Source: Bigelowiella natans CCMP2755 (taxonomy: Eukaryota > Protista > Cercozoa). From it: DNA of 64,000 nucleotides. Position 1 is the stretch's first letter, and the number at the start of each line of letters is the position of its first letter. Positions 13,862 to 27,800 of the stretch are shown here, in pieces. The notes beneath the pieces are model-generated. The model was not told the origin of the DNA. It did no database searches and saw nothing but the letters and a program-made list of their open reading frames with translations. The DNA lies in assembly GCA_000320545.1 (NCBI GenBank), contig ADNK01002630.1:8502-72501 (forward strand). The letters are read 5' to 3'. Both the position numbers and the translations under genes were made by a program.

Positions 13862-16394
13862 ATCTATATGTGTATAACATCAAACAAACATGTATTATAT
13901 GTTGCGATGCAGCAGTACCGCATCAGCGTCTCGACATTGGCGTTATAGTTCCCGCTTTGGCTGCGGAGGCCTCGTTGCGAATAGGCCCCTGCGCCAACAG
14001 AATTGCTGATAAACGTGAGGAAGAACGGCTTCTTAAGGGCCTTGGCCTGATTGAATTGCTCCGTCTGCCTTGTCCAGTCAAACAACTGGCCGTTCACACC
14101 GACGAGGATGAGGTTCGCCTGGATTTTGTGCTGCGCCTGAAGCTTGGGATCAACCTGGGGGATAGGTCGTTTTGTGGTTATGTTAATTACTAGTGCGTTT
14201 GAGATACGCCTGGTGTGCTCTTTTTGTGCATCTGGAAATGCGTGGGCGAGTGAGGATGGAGATGGAAGATCATGGAGAATGAAAAATGCCAAGCACGCTC
14301 AGCCTGGCACGGTACTTGTTCTATTAGTATTGTCACTATCCCCCCTCCCCCCCCAACCCCGCTCACTTCCTTCACGCGACTACTATAGCTATCACCTGCT
14401 CAATAACCCCTTTCCGATTAAACTGAATGCCGTATTTCTCCATCGAAGGAACTTTCAGATGAATTAGCCCTTTGCTGCGCGCGGCTAGGGCCGTCTCGAC
14501 GTCATCAAAGTGCGGCAGAGCAAGGTTTATATCTATCTCCTGGAACTGCTCGATATTCGAGCCGCATTCTGCTGGGTATCCGGTATAGATAAAAGCATTC
14601 ATATCTTCATAGCTATCACCTTCAAGTGCCACGCTCGAAACGGCCGTTTGCATCTGCTGCTCAGTTGTTGGGAAATCCGCTTGGAACTGCTGGGGGCCTT
14701 CCAACACCTGTCATGGCCAAAGACGGCGTGTGTGCGGAGGATGGGGGGGGGTGGGGGCGGTGGAAGGGACAGTCATGCACATCATCACGGTTCAGTATGG
14801 AATTTGAAATCACTCTCGAGGCACCGTTAATTTCTCCAATTCTCAAAAAACCGAATCAAATAGAAGCTACTTCAGTCACAGGATACTGCGACATCTTGTC
14901 TCCTCCTCCTCTCTTCGTCCTCCTCCTCCTCCTCCTCCTCCTCCCCCTTCTACGACTACTACTGCTACCACTACTACTACTACTAATACAAATGATTCTT
15001 CACCTTTGCTGGAAACCAATCAACGCAGCCGCTTTCGGCTTTATTCGCTACATAGCACCGCATTCCGCTCTGGGGAACGATGCCGTGGAACATCGGCAGC
15101 AAGTATTCCGGCACCGCCTCCGCTTCCTCCTCCCCATCCGCGTCGTCCTCTGCCTCCGGCGAGGAGAGGGGGGGGGGATATTGCAGCTTCCTCTCATCGA
15201 GCAGCTTCCTCTCGCCCTTCTCCTCATCCTTGCCATAGAATCTACACGTAATCTCGTATTTCCCCCCTTCTTTAGGACCCTCGACGGCCGTAACCTCTGC
15301 CTCATGGTAGATCCTGGGGTGCTGAGCTGTGGCGAGCTTCTTCGATTTGCAGAGAATCTTCTCGCCGATTAGCACTGGGGGAGGCTGCTTTTTCTTCGCC
15401 TCGACGGCCTTTCTTTCCGCTTCCATACGCACTTTCACTTCCAAGGGGGGAAACCTCTTGTAAAGAGCGGTTAGACCGGCTGCAACCTGTGGAGGTGGGT
15501 GGGGGGCAAAGGGGATAAGGATAATGATGTTACGAGGCGCGGCGAGGACAGCAGCAAGAGATCAGTCAGCATTTTGGCTAGAGAGGGCCCAGAGGAGCCC
15601 CACAATCAAACACAACTTTTGACACGCTCCCAACAATACACCACACACACGCACATACACGCACATACGCACGCGCACATGCACACGCGCACACGCAAAC
15701 CATGTAGCACCCGGTCGGTACATATAGCCTGTTTTTTACCTTCTTGAGGTCAAAGACAGCGGTCCGCACGAAGGAGAGGACTTCATCGCCTTTCGCTCCG
15801 ATGGCGACACCGGCCACTTTCGCAGTCAGACGCTTTGCCAGCATCTGAGCCATGCCGGGATTTTCGCGGAACGCCAGGTGCTCCCCAGCCTTGCTTCCTG
15901 ATGCAAACGCTGCGAAGAGTTCCTAAAGGGGGCGGAAATAGGCAAAGAGAAGGGGGGGGGGGGGGAAGGGGGCAGAGAACAAAGAAATGAGGGAAAACGC
16001 CGATCGAAAACAACGGTTATCATTGCGCCAGAAGTATTTCCCCCCGAGCTCTCCACCCCCCTGAATCTGATATCCTAATCCAAAGGAAATGCAATCCTAC
16101 CCTTTCTTGCTCGGAGAAGAACTGGAACTTCTTCTTGGGGTCCTCCACAACCATCGCAGTGAATTTCCGGGCGTTCTCCTTGGCGTAGTCCGGCAGCCGA
16201 GGCATCGATTTAATGAGGAAGCACTCCTGGAAAGCCGCGCATAACAACGCGAGCTTCAATGGGCGCAGATCTGGGGCGGGTGGATCCTTTTTCTCTTCAG
16301 CTTCCTTCTTTTTCTTCTCTTCCTCTAAAGCTGCGCCTCGAAGTTTTTGCTTCTCGGTGGAGAGCCTGAGAGGCAATATAAATACATATATATA

Positions 16395-16433
<39 letters not shown>

Positions 16434-17326
16434 ATATATATATCTATGTGTGCATGTATTTGTATTAGTGAGCGACGATGGTTGATGCTAGTAGTGGCAA
16501 GGTCGCAGCTTAGTCATAGTGATGAATGATGATCACAGCGACGACTACACCTATTTTGCGACTGTTCATACTCGAACGCCCTCCATTTTTATTTTGGAAT
16601 GCATTATACACACACACACACACACACACACGCACACCCACACGCACACCCACACGCAAACACAACTACACACACGTGGATAAACATATAATACAGTGCT
16701 TCAATAGCACGCTTTGCGCGGAAAAATAAGATCAAAGGCCGAGAAGAATCAAATGCACTAATCAGCCGCAGCTCTCTTCGTATTACCCTAGTTTCTTGCA
16801 CGTGTGCACCCGCAGGTCCTCCAGCCTCTGTCTAGTTATTGCTGATTTCTGCGTTACGACTCGCACGTGCCGAGGGTTCATCGTCTGCAGATTCACCTGC
16901 CTCATCCGTTGGATATCGAGCTTGTACTTGGCGGAATTAACTTGGAAATCAACCGAGGTTGCGCCTGTGATTCGCCCCTTCTCGATTTGCAAGTTGGTTT
17001 CAAATGGATATCGTTTCCATCCGGCGCCGTCCTTCCACTCCCAATGATTGACTTCCATGGTAACTCGGCCATTTTGCGCTGGGGTATTCTTCACCTCCCG
17101 GAAGATCAACTCGCCGTAGCTACGTGCCTTAAGGACCTGCAATGTCGCTCTAATCAATTTAGTTGTTTTGATTGACGCTTTTTACGTGGCGCTGTGCTTG
17201 TGCTCCAACATCGAGCGAGGAATACATAAAAATCGTATAATATAAATCGTATAATATATATATATATATATATATTACGATTCTACTCTCTATCTCTCTC
17301 ACACACAGCCACCTATAATATATAAA

Positions 17327-17404
<78 letters not shown>

Positions 17405-20400
17405 ATATGGCGTTTTTTATTTATATTACCGATGATTTTGCTGTGTTTTTCTCCTGCTCGATTGCAAGTGCCGTTGCATTCTTAATCTCCCTCTCCACTG
17501 CTGCAATGACCCGGCCAAACCCTTCCTTGGCACGAGGGGCGAGGTCAGACACCAACGCGGCATGGATCGCCCGGAAAGTCGTCGAGTCTCTGAAAAGTTG
17601 AGAACAATTAGGAGGAAGAAGGACGAAGATAAGGGCGATTCAAACGGCAGCGAAGGCGATGTGGAATGCCAAGGAATCAAGCATGCCTGCCCATGTCGGG
17701 GCGACGACTCACCTGAATGGCACCAGCTCTGGCATCAAATCGTCGAAGGTAAACCGGACAAGGCCCTCGCTCTTTCTCGCCCACTCAACAAGCCACTTGG
17801 CGTCAGTGAGAGGGGCGGATCGAAGCGCAGTGTGAAGCAGCTTTTGCCCGGCGATCCGTGCGGTGGCGTCATCGTGGCCCTCTTCGGATGACAACTCGCT
17901 CGCGACGTTTTTCACGCATTTCAGCACGTACCTGTCGTAGGAGGCCGATACGCGAATACACACACACACACAAACAGAGAGATAGAGAAAGATAAAGAGA
18001 GAGTCCAATCACTTTCACAGAAACTCTATAGATCATTCAACGCAGAAGCACAATCACGACAACATCGACGAGCTAAGCAAATCGCACGTTCGCAGAGAAG
18101 GCGCCATGCCCGAGGCGCCGCATTGGCAGATGATCGAATCCAGCTGCTCCGATAGAGCGAGAAGGTCCGCAGGAATGCTTTCCTTATCAGCGCTGCCGAC
18201 ATGCGCGACAAGAGCGGATGCGAAGAACTTGACAATGTGCCGCAGCTTCGCAATAGCCAAAAGCACACTATCCGGCGACTTAAACTGCTTCTTCACGTCC
18301 AGAGAGAGCGCTCCGGCGATTTCTTTCGCGGACGTCTTCGCCAACGCGAGGGCCCCGGAGAGCGAGGAGGGAGGGGGCGCGCCAGCGACCTTTTTGACGT
18401 CCTCCGCCCCGCCTCCTTCCGCGAGCAGGCTCTCGTGCATGGAAGCAAAGTTGACCGAGAACAGGTTTCCGATGGCCTTGGCCTTCTTCACGGAGCCCTG
18501 GAGGCACTTTAAGATCTGCGCGCGCGCGGTCTTCCGAAAGGCGGGGTTGGCCAGCTCGTGGAGGGCCGTCAGGAGGCACACCCGCGCGGCGTGGCTTGAG
18601 ACGATATCGATGGAGGAGCGCTGAATGCGCTGCCCCGCCAGCGCCTTGAGGAAGTCGCGCAGGAGGTCCTTGTCCTTCATCATGACCCCGCCATCTCCCA
18701 AGCAAAGCTCGAAGATGTAGTACTCCATAAACCGCAGCGCCGAGTCTTTGAGCTGCTGCTCGGTCGCAACTGATTGCTGCCTCACCGTGAATTCCTGGTC
18801 CGGAACGAGCGTCTTGGAGCTCAGTTTTTCGCCGGTGACCGGCGAGATGTCGCTGTCCTTGAGGTAGTCCTCAATCGCCGTGCGCTCGTAAGTCTTCCCG
18901 TCTCCCTGAAGCACCACGGGCTCTTTGATTTCCTCCAGCGTAATCGGGCAGCGGAAATCGTACTCGACCAGTTTTCCCCGGAGCTTTGAGAACATGTCGA
19001 TGACCGCTTTGAGCGCCTTGGAGGTCCGCAATTCGCGGGTGGCCACGGTGGCCAGGGTCGCGAGCGTGTGCTTCGGCGCTACGCGCAACGGCACTGCCAC
19101 GTCGCGCAGGAACGTAAACATAAATGTGAGCTTTGTGAGCTTTTGGCGAACGGCGGCGGAGGCCTTCTGCGCCTGGTCTTTCTCCGCAGCTTCCAGCATC
19201 GCCGAGGCCGTCGTCTGCGCAGCCTTGAACATTCGAATCCATTGCCCGTACTGCGCGATCTCCGTCCAGTTTTTCCGGGACTCCGCCAGGGTATCGAGGG
19301 CGATGCTCAGCACCTATATGCGGCGATAATGTGGATTAGTTAGAAAACAGCCGAGCTGCCCAGGCTCGAGACGTACACGTTATTATTACACTGCGGCGAA
19401 GGGATAAACGCGACTAAGAAAACGAATAATCCAACGGCAACAACCATCATCAAAAACATGCATCTAAAAGCCAACACACGCAGTATTGTTATGAAACACA
19501 CCTCTAGGTCGAGAGCCGGGCCAGCCTGCTTTGCCTCGTCAATGTGCTTTAGAACGGCGGCCTTGCACAGAGGCACCGCGTTGATGAGCCCCATGTAAGA
19601 AACCACCATCGCCTCGCACCTCCAGAACAAAGCGTGGATCTCGGCGAACTTCGTCATGTTTTCGCCTCCGTTTTCCAGCCGCAATATCGTCCAGAGAAGC
19701 TGGGCTTGGTCTTCTCTACTGAGAGACTGGCTCGCGCGGCACCGCATGCATGCAAAGTCGTGCACATAGCGCCGAAGCAGCTTTTCCGGGATGCTGCCGT
19801 CCAGGCCTTGCTGGAACTGCATTCGCTTGACCTGGGCGTCGAGGGCTGCGACATCTTTCCCCTCGCCGGTCCGCGCCGTGGAGGCACGGAAGCTGTCAAT
19901 GGCGTTGTGCACAAAGAACGAGAATGGGAACTTCGACTCGAAGGAGGAGCCGAGCCCGTCCGAAGTTACTTCCACCTTTCCGCCCCGCGAGAGGGGCTGC
20001 TGCGCGCTAGAGGCAAATGCGTCCGCGAAGGATCGTCGGTAGAGGTAAAACCAGAGGCTCCGAACCTCTTCGTCGTTCAGAAGCTTGAGTCCATCGTTCC
20101 GGTCGGCGTGGGAGAGGAGTTGTGCAAACCCAGCCGCGAGAGTGTCGCGGATCTGCCGGTGCAATGCTGCCTGGAATGACCTCTCCACGGAGCCGCTCGT
20201 TGCAGCAGCCATCACATCGAGCTTCAGGTTGGACTGGGAGATTAGTCTCTTGACGGTATCCTCGAGCGCCGCTACCAGGTCGGTGTCATCTTGGAGAAGC
20301 TTCATCAGCATTCGTATTTGGCCTTGGACGTCAGTCACGGTGCGGGATTTTTGGTATGCCATGCGCCCCAGAGCGAGGCGGAAAGTGTTCAGAAGGGCGC

Positions 20401-20426
20401 TCGACACCTGTTTCGAATATACGAGG

Positions 20427-20463
<37 letters not shown>

Positions 20464-23400
20464 TGCACACGTGTGTATTCACACGTATGTGTGTGTGCGA
20501 GTTTGTGCGTGTATGTGTACAATATAATTACTCCATATTCATATTATATCGATTTATATGAATATCTGTGTCGCGCATCATGATCTCCTAAGCAGCATTG
20601 CTAGCAGATGTCAAAAAAAGCGCAAATATTTACAGTAGCAGCATTCACAACATCTTCTTCGTCACTGCAAGGGTTTTCGCCACGGCCATCATCACCATCG
20701 TTATTGCTCACACAGTACTTACGTCGAGTGTGCCGATGATTTCTTCCATGGAGAGGTTGGTACGAAGCATGGCTTGGAGATCTGGAAGACCGGTGTCACC
20801 TGACGCATCGAGGTCATCAATGAAGGCCTGGCGCCATACGTTCGAGTAATCGAGCTGGAATTGTACGTCGCCTCGCTGGAGGTGAATTAAAACGATCACA
20901 TGCACGCCGCGAGGGCTATCTGCAAGATCCTCCTCCCCAGCGTCTTGGTCTTTACTTTTCTTCTTATCTCCTGGCCCCATCATCATCGGCGTTTTTTTCT
21001 TCATCGAGGACGCATCGTCCTTCCCCATCATGCCGCTCATCTTTGACCGCCCGTCAGTCGCGCCCCCCCCTGCTTTACGAGCACCGGCAGACGGTTCGGC
21101 TGCAGTGGCAGGGCGTCTGCTCGCAATATCTCGGAATTTCTCCGAGGTTGCAAAGCGGTCGCGCTCCCTCTCCAGGATGTACTTTGAGTGCTCAATGCGA
21201 CGCAGGCTTGCCGCCTGAGGGTCACATTGGAGGAGGAAGACGTCGCCGTCCTTGCACTCCCCGAAAAACGAGGATACGGCGCTCCGAAGGTCGCGCTCGC
21301 TGGATAGCTCGTGGAGGTTGATGGTGGTGATGCTCGTCCACTTCGTCTTCGCAGCTACCAAATCTGCTGCGCTCTCCCCGAACGGCGTGAAGGTGAGAAG
21401 CTCTACACGCGAGCCAACCTTGGCACTGGCTGCTGTTTTGCTAGGCTTAGATGACTTTTCTTCCTTTTCATCGGTCTTTGTATCTGCGCCATTTTCTTCC
21501 GATTTCGGATTCGCTGGCTTCGTCGTTGCGTGAGCCGACTCCTCCTCATCTGCCCAGACGTCGATCATCCGCTGCGAGAAGGTGACGAGATCGGCATGCG
21601 ACTGCTGCGAGAAGTACACCTCGCCGACATCGACGCCGAACTTCGACTTGAGCGCCTGCTGGCGCTCGCTGATATCCATCACGCGGCAAACGCTCTCCGG
21701 AGTCGCGGTCCACAACAGCCGCCGGATGCATTCATGCAGTGCGGCTGCCGACGAAGCAGACGCACCCTCAGCACCCGCAGCGGCGGAGGCAGCACTAGCT
21801 TCCGCAGATTTGGCGCTGAGAAAACTGGCTGGCAGGCTCTGAATCAATGATGCGAGCATGTCTATGTGATATCCGGTAAAGCAAGCCCGCAGTTCCGACA
21901 CGCTGGCGCGCGAGTCCTCCCCACACGCGAAGATCCTTGCGAACAGCTGGAGGCTCTCCAGAAGCTGGCACTGCTCCGCATCGAGGAGGTCCTTCCTCTC
22001 CAGGACCTGCTTCTCGAAACGGTTGAGCAACGGCGGCGCGAGCCGGTTGTACGCGTCGATTTTCTCCACGACGACGATGATGCGGAACCGAGGGTCGATC
22101 TCGCAGAGCCTATTGCTGGTCCCAAACGCGATGCGAACGTACAGCTTGTTCCCAAACTCGGTGTAGTGCTGATTCAGGAGGTCATAAAGCGACTCGTACA
22201 GAGCTTCGCAGTGAACGAGGACGACCGTGCGCCCCTGCGCCATGCAGAGCTTCACCTGTTGGAGAGCCTGCATGATCTGCAAGTCGTTTTGGTCCGCGGG
22301 GAAATCGGAGCCGTATATCACCTCGGTCGTTGCGTGGTCCAGCAGCCGCGTGGCGCCGAAGAGAAGGCGAAGCGCGGCGCCATTCTTGGTGAGAAGCATC
22401 AGCTGGCGGCTCTCCTTGGAGTTGATATTCGCCGAGACAAGCTGCACCACGCCCTTGCGCTTGGCATCTTTTATCGGCAGGCCGATGGCTCGAAAGAAGA
22501 CCTCAAGAACGTCCGCCATCGCCTCGGGCTTGCCGCCGAAGTTGCGTTGAACGGCGTCAACGAGCACGTCGCCGTCGAGGTTTCTTCCCTTCTGCTCCCG
22601 CAGCACGAGGTTGATGTGCTTCACGGTGGAATAGAACTCGCGGAGTCCCCAGAAGTCTCGCTGCTTCTGCGTGCGGTAGACTTCGTCGTAGGCCCGCGCA
22701 ATCGAGCGGAGGAAGCCGTCGAGCTGCACGTTCTGCACCATGCCCTGCGCCGTTTTGGACAGGTCCTCGACGCCCGGGGCGGCGCGGAAGAGGTGCACGG
22801 CTCGGTTCATCTTCGCTGGGTCCAGCGCCCAGTTTGAGATCCCGACGAGGCTGTAGTCGCCACCCTCGTCGAGGACTTTGTGCAGCACTTTGAGGGGGAG
22901 GTGCGGCGACTGCTCCGCCAGCCCGACCTCGTCGAGCAGCACGATGACGATAGAGTTGGGGCTTTGCTGCTTGTACTTATGCGCCTTCATAAACGCCTGC
23001 TCGATGCCGGCCGAGGTAGACAGCGGCGAGCATTGGTAGGAGAACAAGGAGACCGACGGAAAATGACGGAAGAACTCGCTCTCGGAGGCCTCCCCGTTCA
23101 TGTTGGACATGATCAGCTTCATCGCCAGGCTCTTCGAAGTTCCCGGTTTCCCGACGACGAATATCGGGATTTGGTTCAAAATGGAGACCATGATCATGAA
23201 GAGGTTCTCCAGCAGCGCGTCGTTGAGCGCGATGCCGGGCCCGAGGTGCACGTGGCGCACGAACGACCGCATCACCTCATCGACGGTCTTGCCGAAGACG
23301 CGCGCGTTGAGATCCAGCCACGTGCAGCGCGGACCGTACTTGGGCACGCGGCGCATGTTCCAAAAGCCAATGCTGACGTACCCAATCGGCTCCTGGAGCT

Positions 23401-24803
23401 TCAAGTAAACCTCCTGCAGCTTCGCGCCGTAGCCCTTGCGATCCCGCTGGCCGAGCCGGGCGTAGTAGCAATAGGCGAGGGACATGAGCATCGCGCGGCG
23501 TACGTGATCCCTGGTGCGCTCTTCGACGTTGAAGAAGTCCGCGGTGGTCCACGGCACCGCGGCCTTCGCGCCGACGCTCTTCGCGAAGAACTCTCCGAAC
23601 CAGCGGAAGATCTTTACGCACCGAGCCACGTCGCGGAGGGATACGACGGAGCGCTCGCCGTCATACGACGCCCGCACGTACTCTTGCGAGGCGCAGATGA
23701 GCTGGGCGAATACCTCGACGAAGTCGCCGAAAGTCCCGTCGCCTTGTTCCATCTCCTCCATCAGTTTTTTCATGTCTTCCTCGGATATCTGCTCTGCTCC
23801 GCCGCCGCCGCCCGCGCCCGCCTGCTTGTCCTTGGACGGGTCTTTCACGATTCCTTGCGACCCGATCTTGATCTGGCGGCTTTGGTCATAGCTCAACTTC
23901 TCGCCTTTGCCGCCGGTCATGATAGAGGAGGGATTGACCTTTGTGGGGGGGGGGGGGGGGGGGGAAAGAAATTTATGCAGAGGAAACAGAAAAGAGGTTT
24001 TATTATTCGACTGGCACCGATGTCACAGTCTAATCAAAACCGAGAAGTCTCCTCCAAATGCTTCCGCAAAACACATCATGATAGGCATAACAGCATTGCA
24101 CGATCAGACGCATCAGGAGTGGTCATTTCCGGGCATCTTGCCGGCTTCTCAGCCCGACGTATACGCACCTTGTTGTCCGTGTCGCCATCGTCGAAGCGAA
24201 CCGCGTAAGTTCCGTCGGCGTTCAGCGCGGAGATCCTCCCATAGTAAAAATTGCCTTTTTTGTTACGGTACTTTGCCTTGACCTTCTGCCCGATGCGGAA
24301 AGTGCCCCCGCTGGCCATGGTTTTTCGCATCATTGCGCGGTACTTGTCGAGGCGGTCATTCCCGTCTTTCCCGTCCGCGGGAGGGACAGCGGAGGCGTCC
24401 GCCCCCACGCCGCCGTCCGGCGTATGGCCGGCTCCTTTCTTCTCGTCGTCAGCCGCTGCGTGCTTTTGCTCGTGAAGGTAAATCCCAAGCTGCCGCTTCA
24501 GCATAGCGCGGATGTAGATCTCCTCGGTCTCGGGCGGGAGAGCGCCGAAGTCGTAGACGTGGTCTACCATTGACTCAGGAAGGGGGTGCACGCGGTACAC
24601 GAGGTTTTTGAGAGGATCGCGAATGCCTGTGCCGACGTTCTCCCCCGCGTCGCTTGTGTACTGGTCAAAGGCGAGGCCGTGCATGGCCTCTTGCTCTGCA
24701 GCGGCCTTGCTCTTGAGTCGGTACGGGTTGCACGCGCAAATAACCTGTACGTTCGTTGTTGCTTAAGTTTAGTCCGTGTCACAGTCACTTTTGAACGATA
24801 CAG

Positions 24804-24840
<37 letters not shown>

Positions 24841-27800
24841 GCTTACACATTGTCCGGTGTGATACACGTGTATGTTGAAATCAAAGTTAAGAAAATAATG
24901 TTATGGCGAGAATTCTTAGTAACGAGCGATTTTGTATCGTGTATAGATTGATGGGGGGACGGCGAACTCTCAAATGCACAACCCACAGGTCAAACAAACG
25001 CCCCAACTCGCGCCAGTGGTTCCCTCGCTCTCGAGAGGGAGGCAACAACTCACCTTGAGATTTTCCGGAAGAAACTCGCCCTGCATCGAGCCGTCGCAGA
25101 CGATTTCCTTGAACAGGCCCATGCAGTTGCAGGTATTGACTTCGTCCAGGAAGACGACGATGCGCTCCTCCCTCGTCATGTAGCTCGCCTCTATGATCGC
25201 CCTCCGCATCCACTTGACCACGTCCTCCGCCTCCATCCCGCCGTGGATGTTGAGCGTGCGCAGGGGGAGGCGCAGAATGCCGCAGAGCTGCCGCACGAGC
25301 GAGCTCTTGCCGCAGCCCGTCTCCCCCATGATCATGATGGGAAGGCCGTTTTTGAGGCGGAGCTGGATGGCCAGCATCTTGAGCAGGTTGTCGATGGTGA
25401 CGACGTAGGTGGGGTCGGGCTTGTTCCGCCCCACCGAGTTGCGGAGCTGGTAGCCCTCGAGCTTGCGGAGGATGGCCATTCCCTCCTCGGAGGACATGTC
25501 GCGCCAGTCGCGGTCCAGGGACGTCTCCAATTTCCCGCCCAGCGACATCTGCTGCTTGAGGTTTTCGAGGAGGCCGCGCTCGATGAACTTGCGCACGAAG
25601 TTCTTGTTGAGCGCCAGGATGGAGAGGGCGTCTACTCCTCCGTGGCCTTCCACGCTTGGGAACCACAGGCAGATGGGGTGGTCCGTCTCGTCCCATTTGG
25701 TCATGTTCTCGAAGCGCGAGGCCATCAAATCTGGGTTACCGTTTTTGCTCTCAGCGTCGCCTTTCTCGTCCTCCGCGGCGGAGTCGGCGGGCCCTTTCAC
25801 CTTGCCCTTCTTCAGTTTTTTCCGCCCGACAGCCCCGTATTGCCATTCCCGGGGGACGGCGCGCATGGAGAAGTCTTTCGAGGTGGCAATTAGCATATCG
25901 GCCATTGCGTTGCGAAGGCCGTGGAGACCTTCCAAAAACTCGTAGACGTGCGGTTGCGTGAGCGAATAGCCGAACTCGGGGTCCATGCCGAAGAAGGCGT
26001 CCTTCATGTAACGCACGAAGTTGTTGAAGATCGAGAAGGACGGCGCGTCGTTGGGCTGAGTCTTGTTCTCGGTGAAGCTTCTCAGGAGCTCGAAGGCCTC
26101 AGCAGGCTCGATCGCGCCGCATGTGCGCGGGTTCCAAAGCTTGTCTTGCTCCCAAGTCGCGGATTTGATGAACTTCCGCTCTCGGAAGGCCTTCAGAAAG
26201 CTCGCGACGTAGTTTAAAGGTTCCATGGAGTCGTACTGATGCAGCTTAAGCTTCGTGCACTCTTGGTCGGTGAACGTGACTGTGCGCTGCTCGAAGGTCT
26301 CCACCCCTACCGCAAGCCGCCTTTCCGGTAGCAGCGCGCAGACTTGCAAGGCGTTGGCGGTCCTGTTCCCAGAGCTGTTTGGGATCTCCACGAAGAACGT
26401 GTCCTTCGTCCGGCGCGCATACACCGCGCATGTCGCCGGGTCCTTGAGCACGCCGACGATGAGGAGCTCGAAGAGGCACGTATTCGCGTCCGCGGGAATC
26501 ACATGGCCGACGTCGAGATGGATAGCGTTGCTTTCTCCTCGGGCATGTCCGAAGCGGGAGAGCCGCCGCACTAACGTGCCGGCCGTCGAGCTCTCGTGGT
26601 AAGGGACGCGGCGGTATTTTAGCCCCTTCTCCTCGCGCTGGCGGTCGGCCACGCTTCGTAGGATATAGCCGGTTTTGCCGCCGCCGTTAATGTTGGAGGA
26701 GATGGCCACCGTCTCGCCGTTGTGCTGCTTCGCTGCCTCGGCGACTGCAGTGCGCAGGGATTTCCGATCCAGCGCGCCGAGGGGAGTCGCGTGCGCAGAG
26801 AGGGAGTTGAGGATGACCTGCCGCGGTTTCCCCGAGACGAACAGCAGCGAGGCGGAATCGCGGGTCCGATAGCGGGCCAGCATCTCGCGGAGCCTCGCCA
26901 GCACCGAGACCTGCATTGCGTAGTCGAGCTTGTGCACGTCGGCGAGGCAAAACACGCACCGGCCTAGTCCGTGGGATTTGGCGGCCAGGAACCTGTACAG
27001 GATGAGCTCGACGTCCTCGAGGCTAGTGCCTTTCGTGCAGAACAGGATCTCTCCTGGCTCGGGCAGTCGCCCTCTGCGGACGTAAACTGAGAGCACGAGG
27101 TCCAGAACAGCGCTGGGAGACTCCGCACAGGACACCCACATCGGCAGGGTTTGCTTCTTCCCTGCTCCCACGCCCTGCATACGCTCGTCTTGCGAGAGAT
27201 GCAGCATATCCGTCTTGTTGCGGGAGTCTGCGCCTGGCATCGGAACTCTCCGGAACGTGACGGCTGATTTCGACGCCGAGGCGGCGCCTTCCTTCGCGTC
27301 CTTTGCCTTCTCCTCCTCGCTCGGGGCCATAATCCATCGGAGGATCTTCCCCACGGCCTCGAGCTGGTACCTATTCGTTTTCGTCCCCATTGCGTTGTCG
27401 CCGTCTTTGATCTCGGACGTGCGCGAGCGCAGCTCGCGACGCCAGACGGTGTGCATGGCGCGCACCCGCTCAACGTCAACGCGCGAAGAGAGCAGGTGCA
27501 GTAGAGCGCAGAACTCTTGGATGGCCTCGTACGATGACCGCCCGGTGCTGCCGGAGCGCGAGCGGACGCGCTTGCGCTCTTTCTTCAGGCCGAGGGACTC
27601 GATGAGCGCGGTCGTCTCGGCCGGGCGAGGCGCACCGCACATCACGCAGCGCTTTTGGAACGTCTTGTTTTTGAACCGACACGAGGAGCACCGCCAGTGA
27701 TCCATGATCGCCGCAGCCGCCTTCTTGTCGGCCTCCTGCTTTCGCTCGATCGACGATGGGGATCTCTCTAGATCGGGCGGGGCACTGCCATCGGCCGCGT

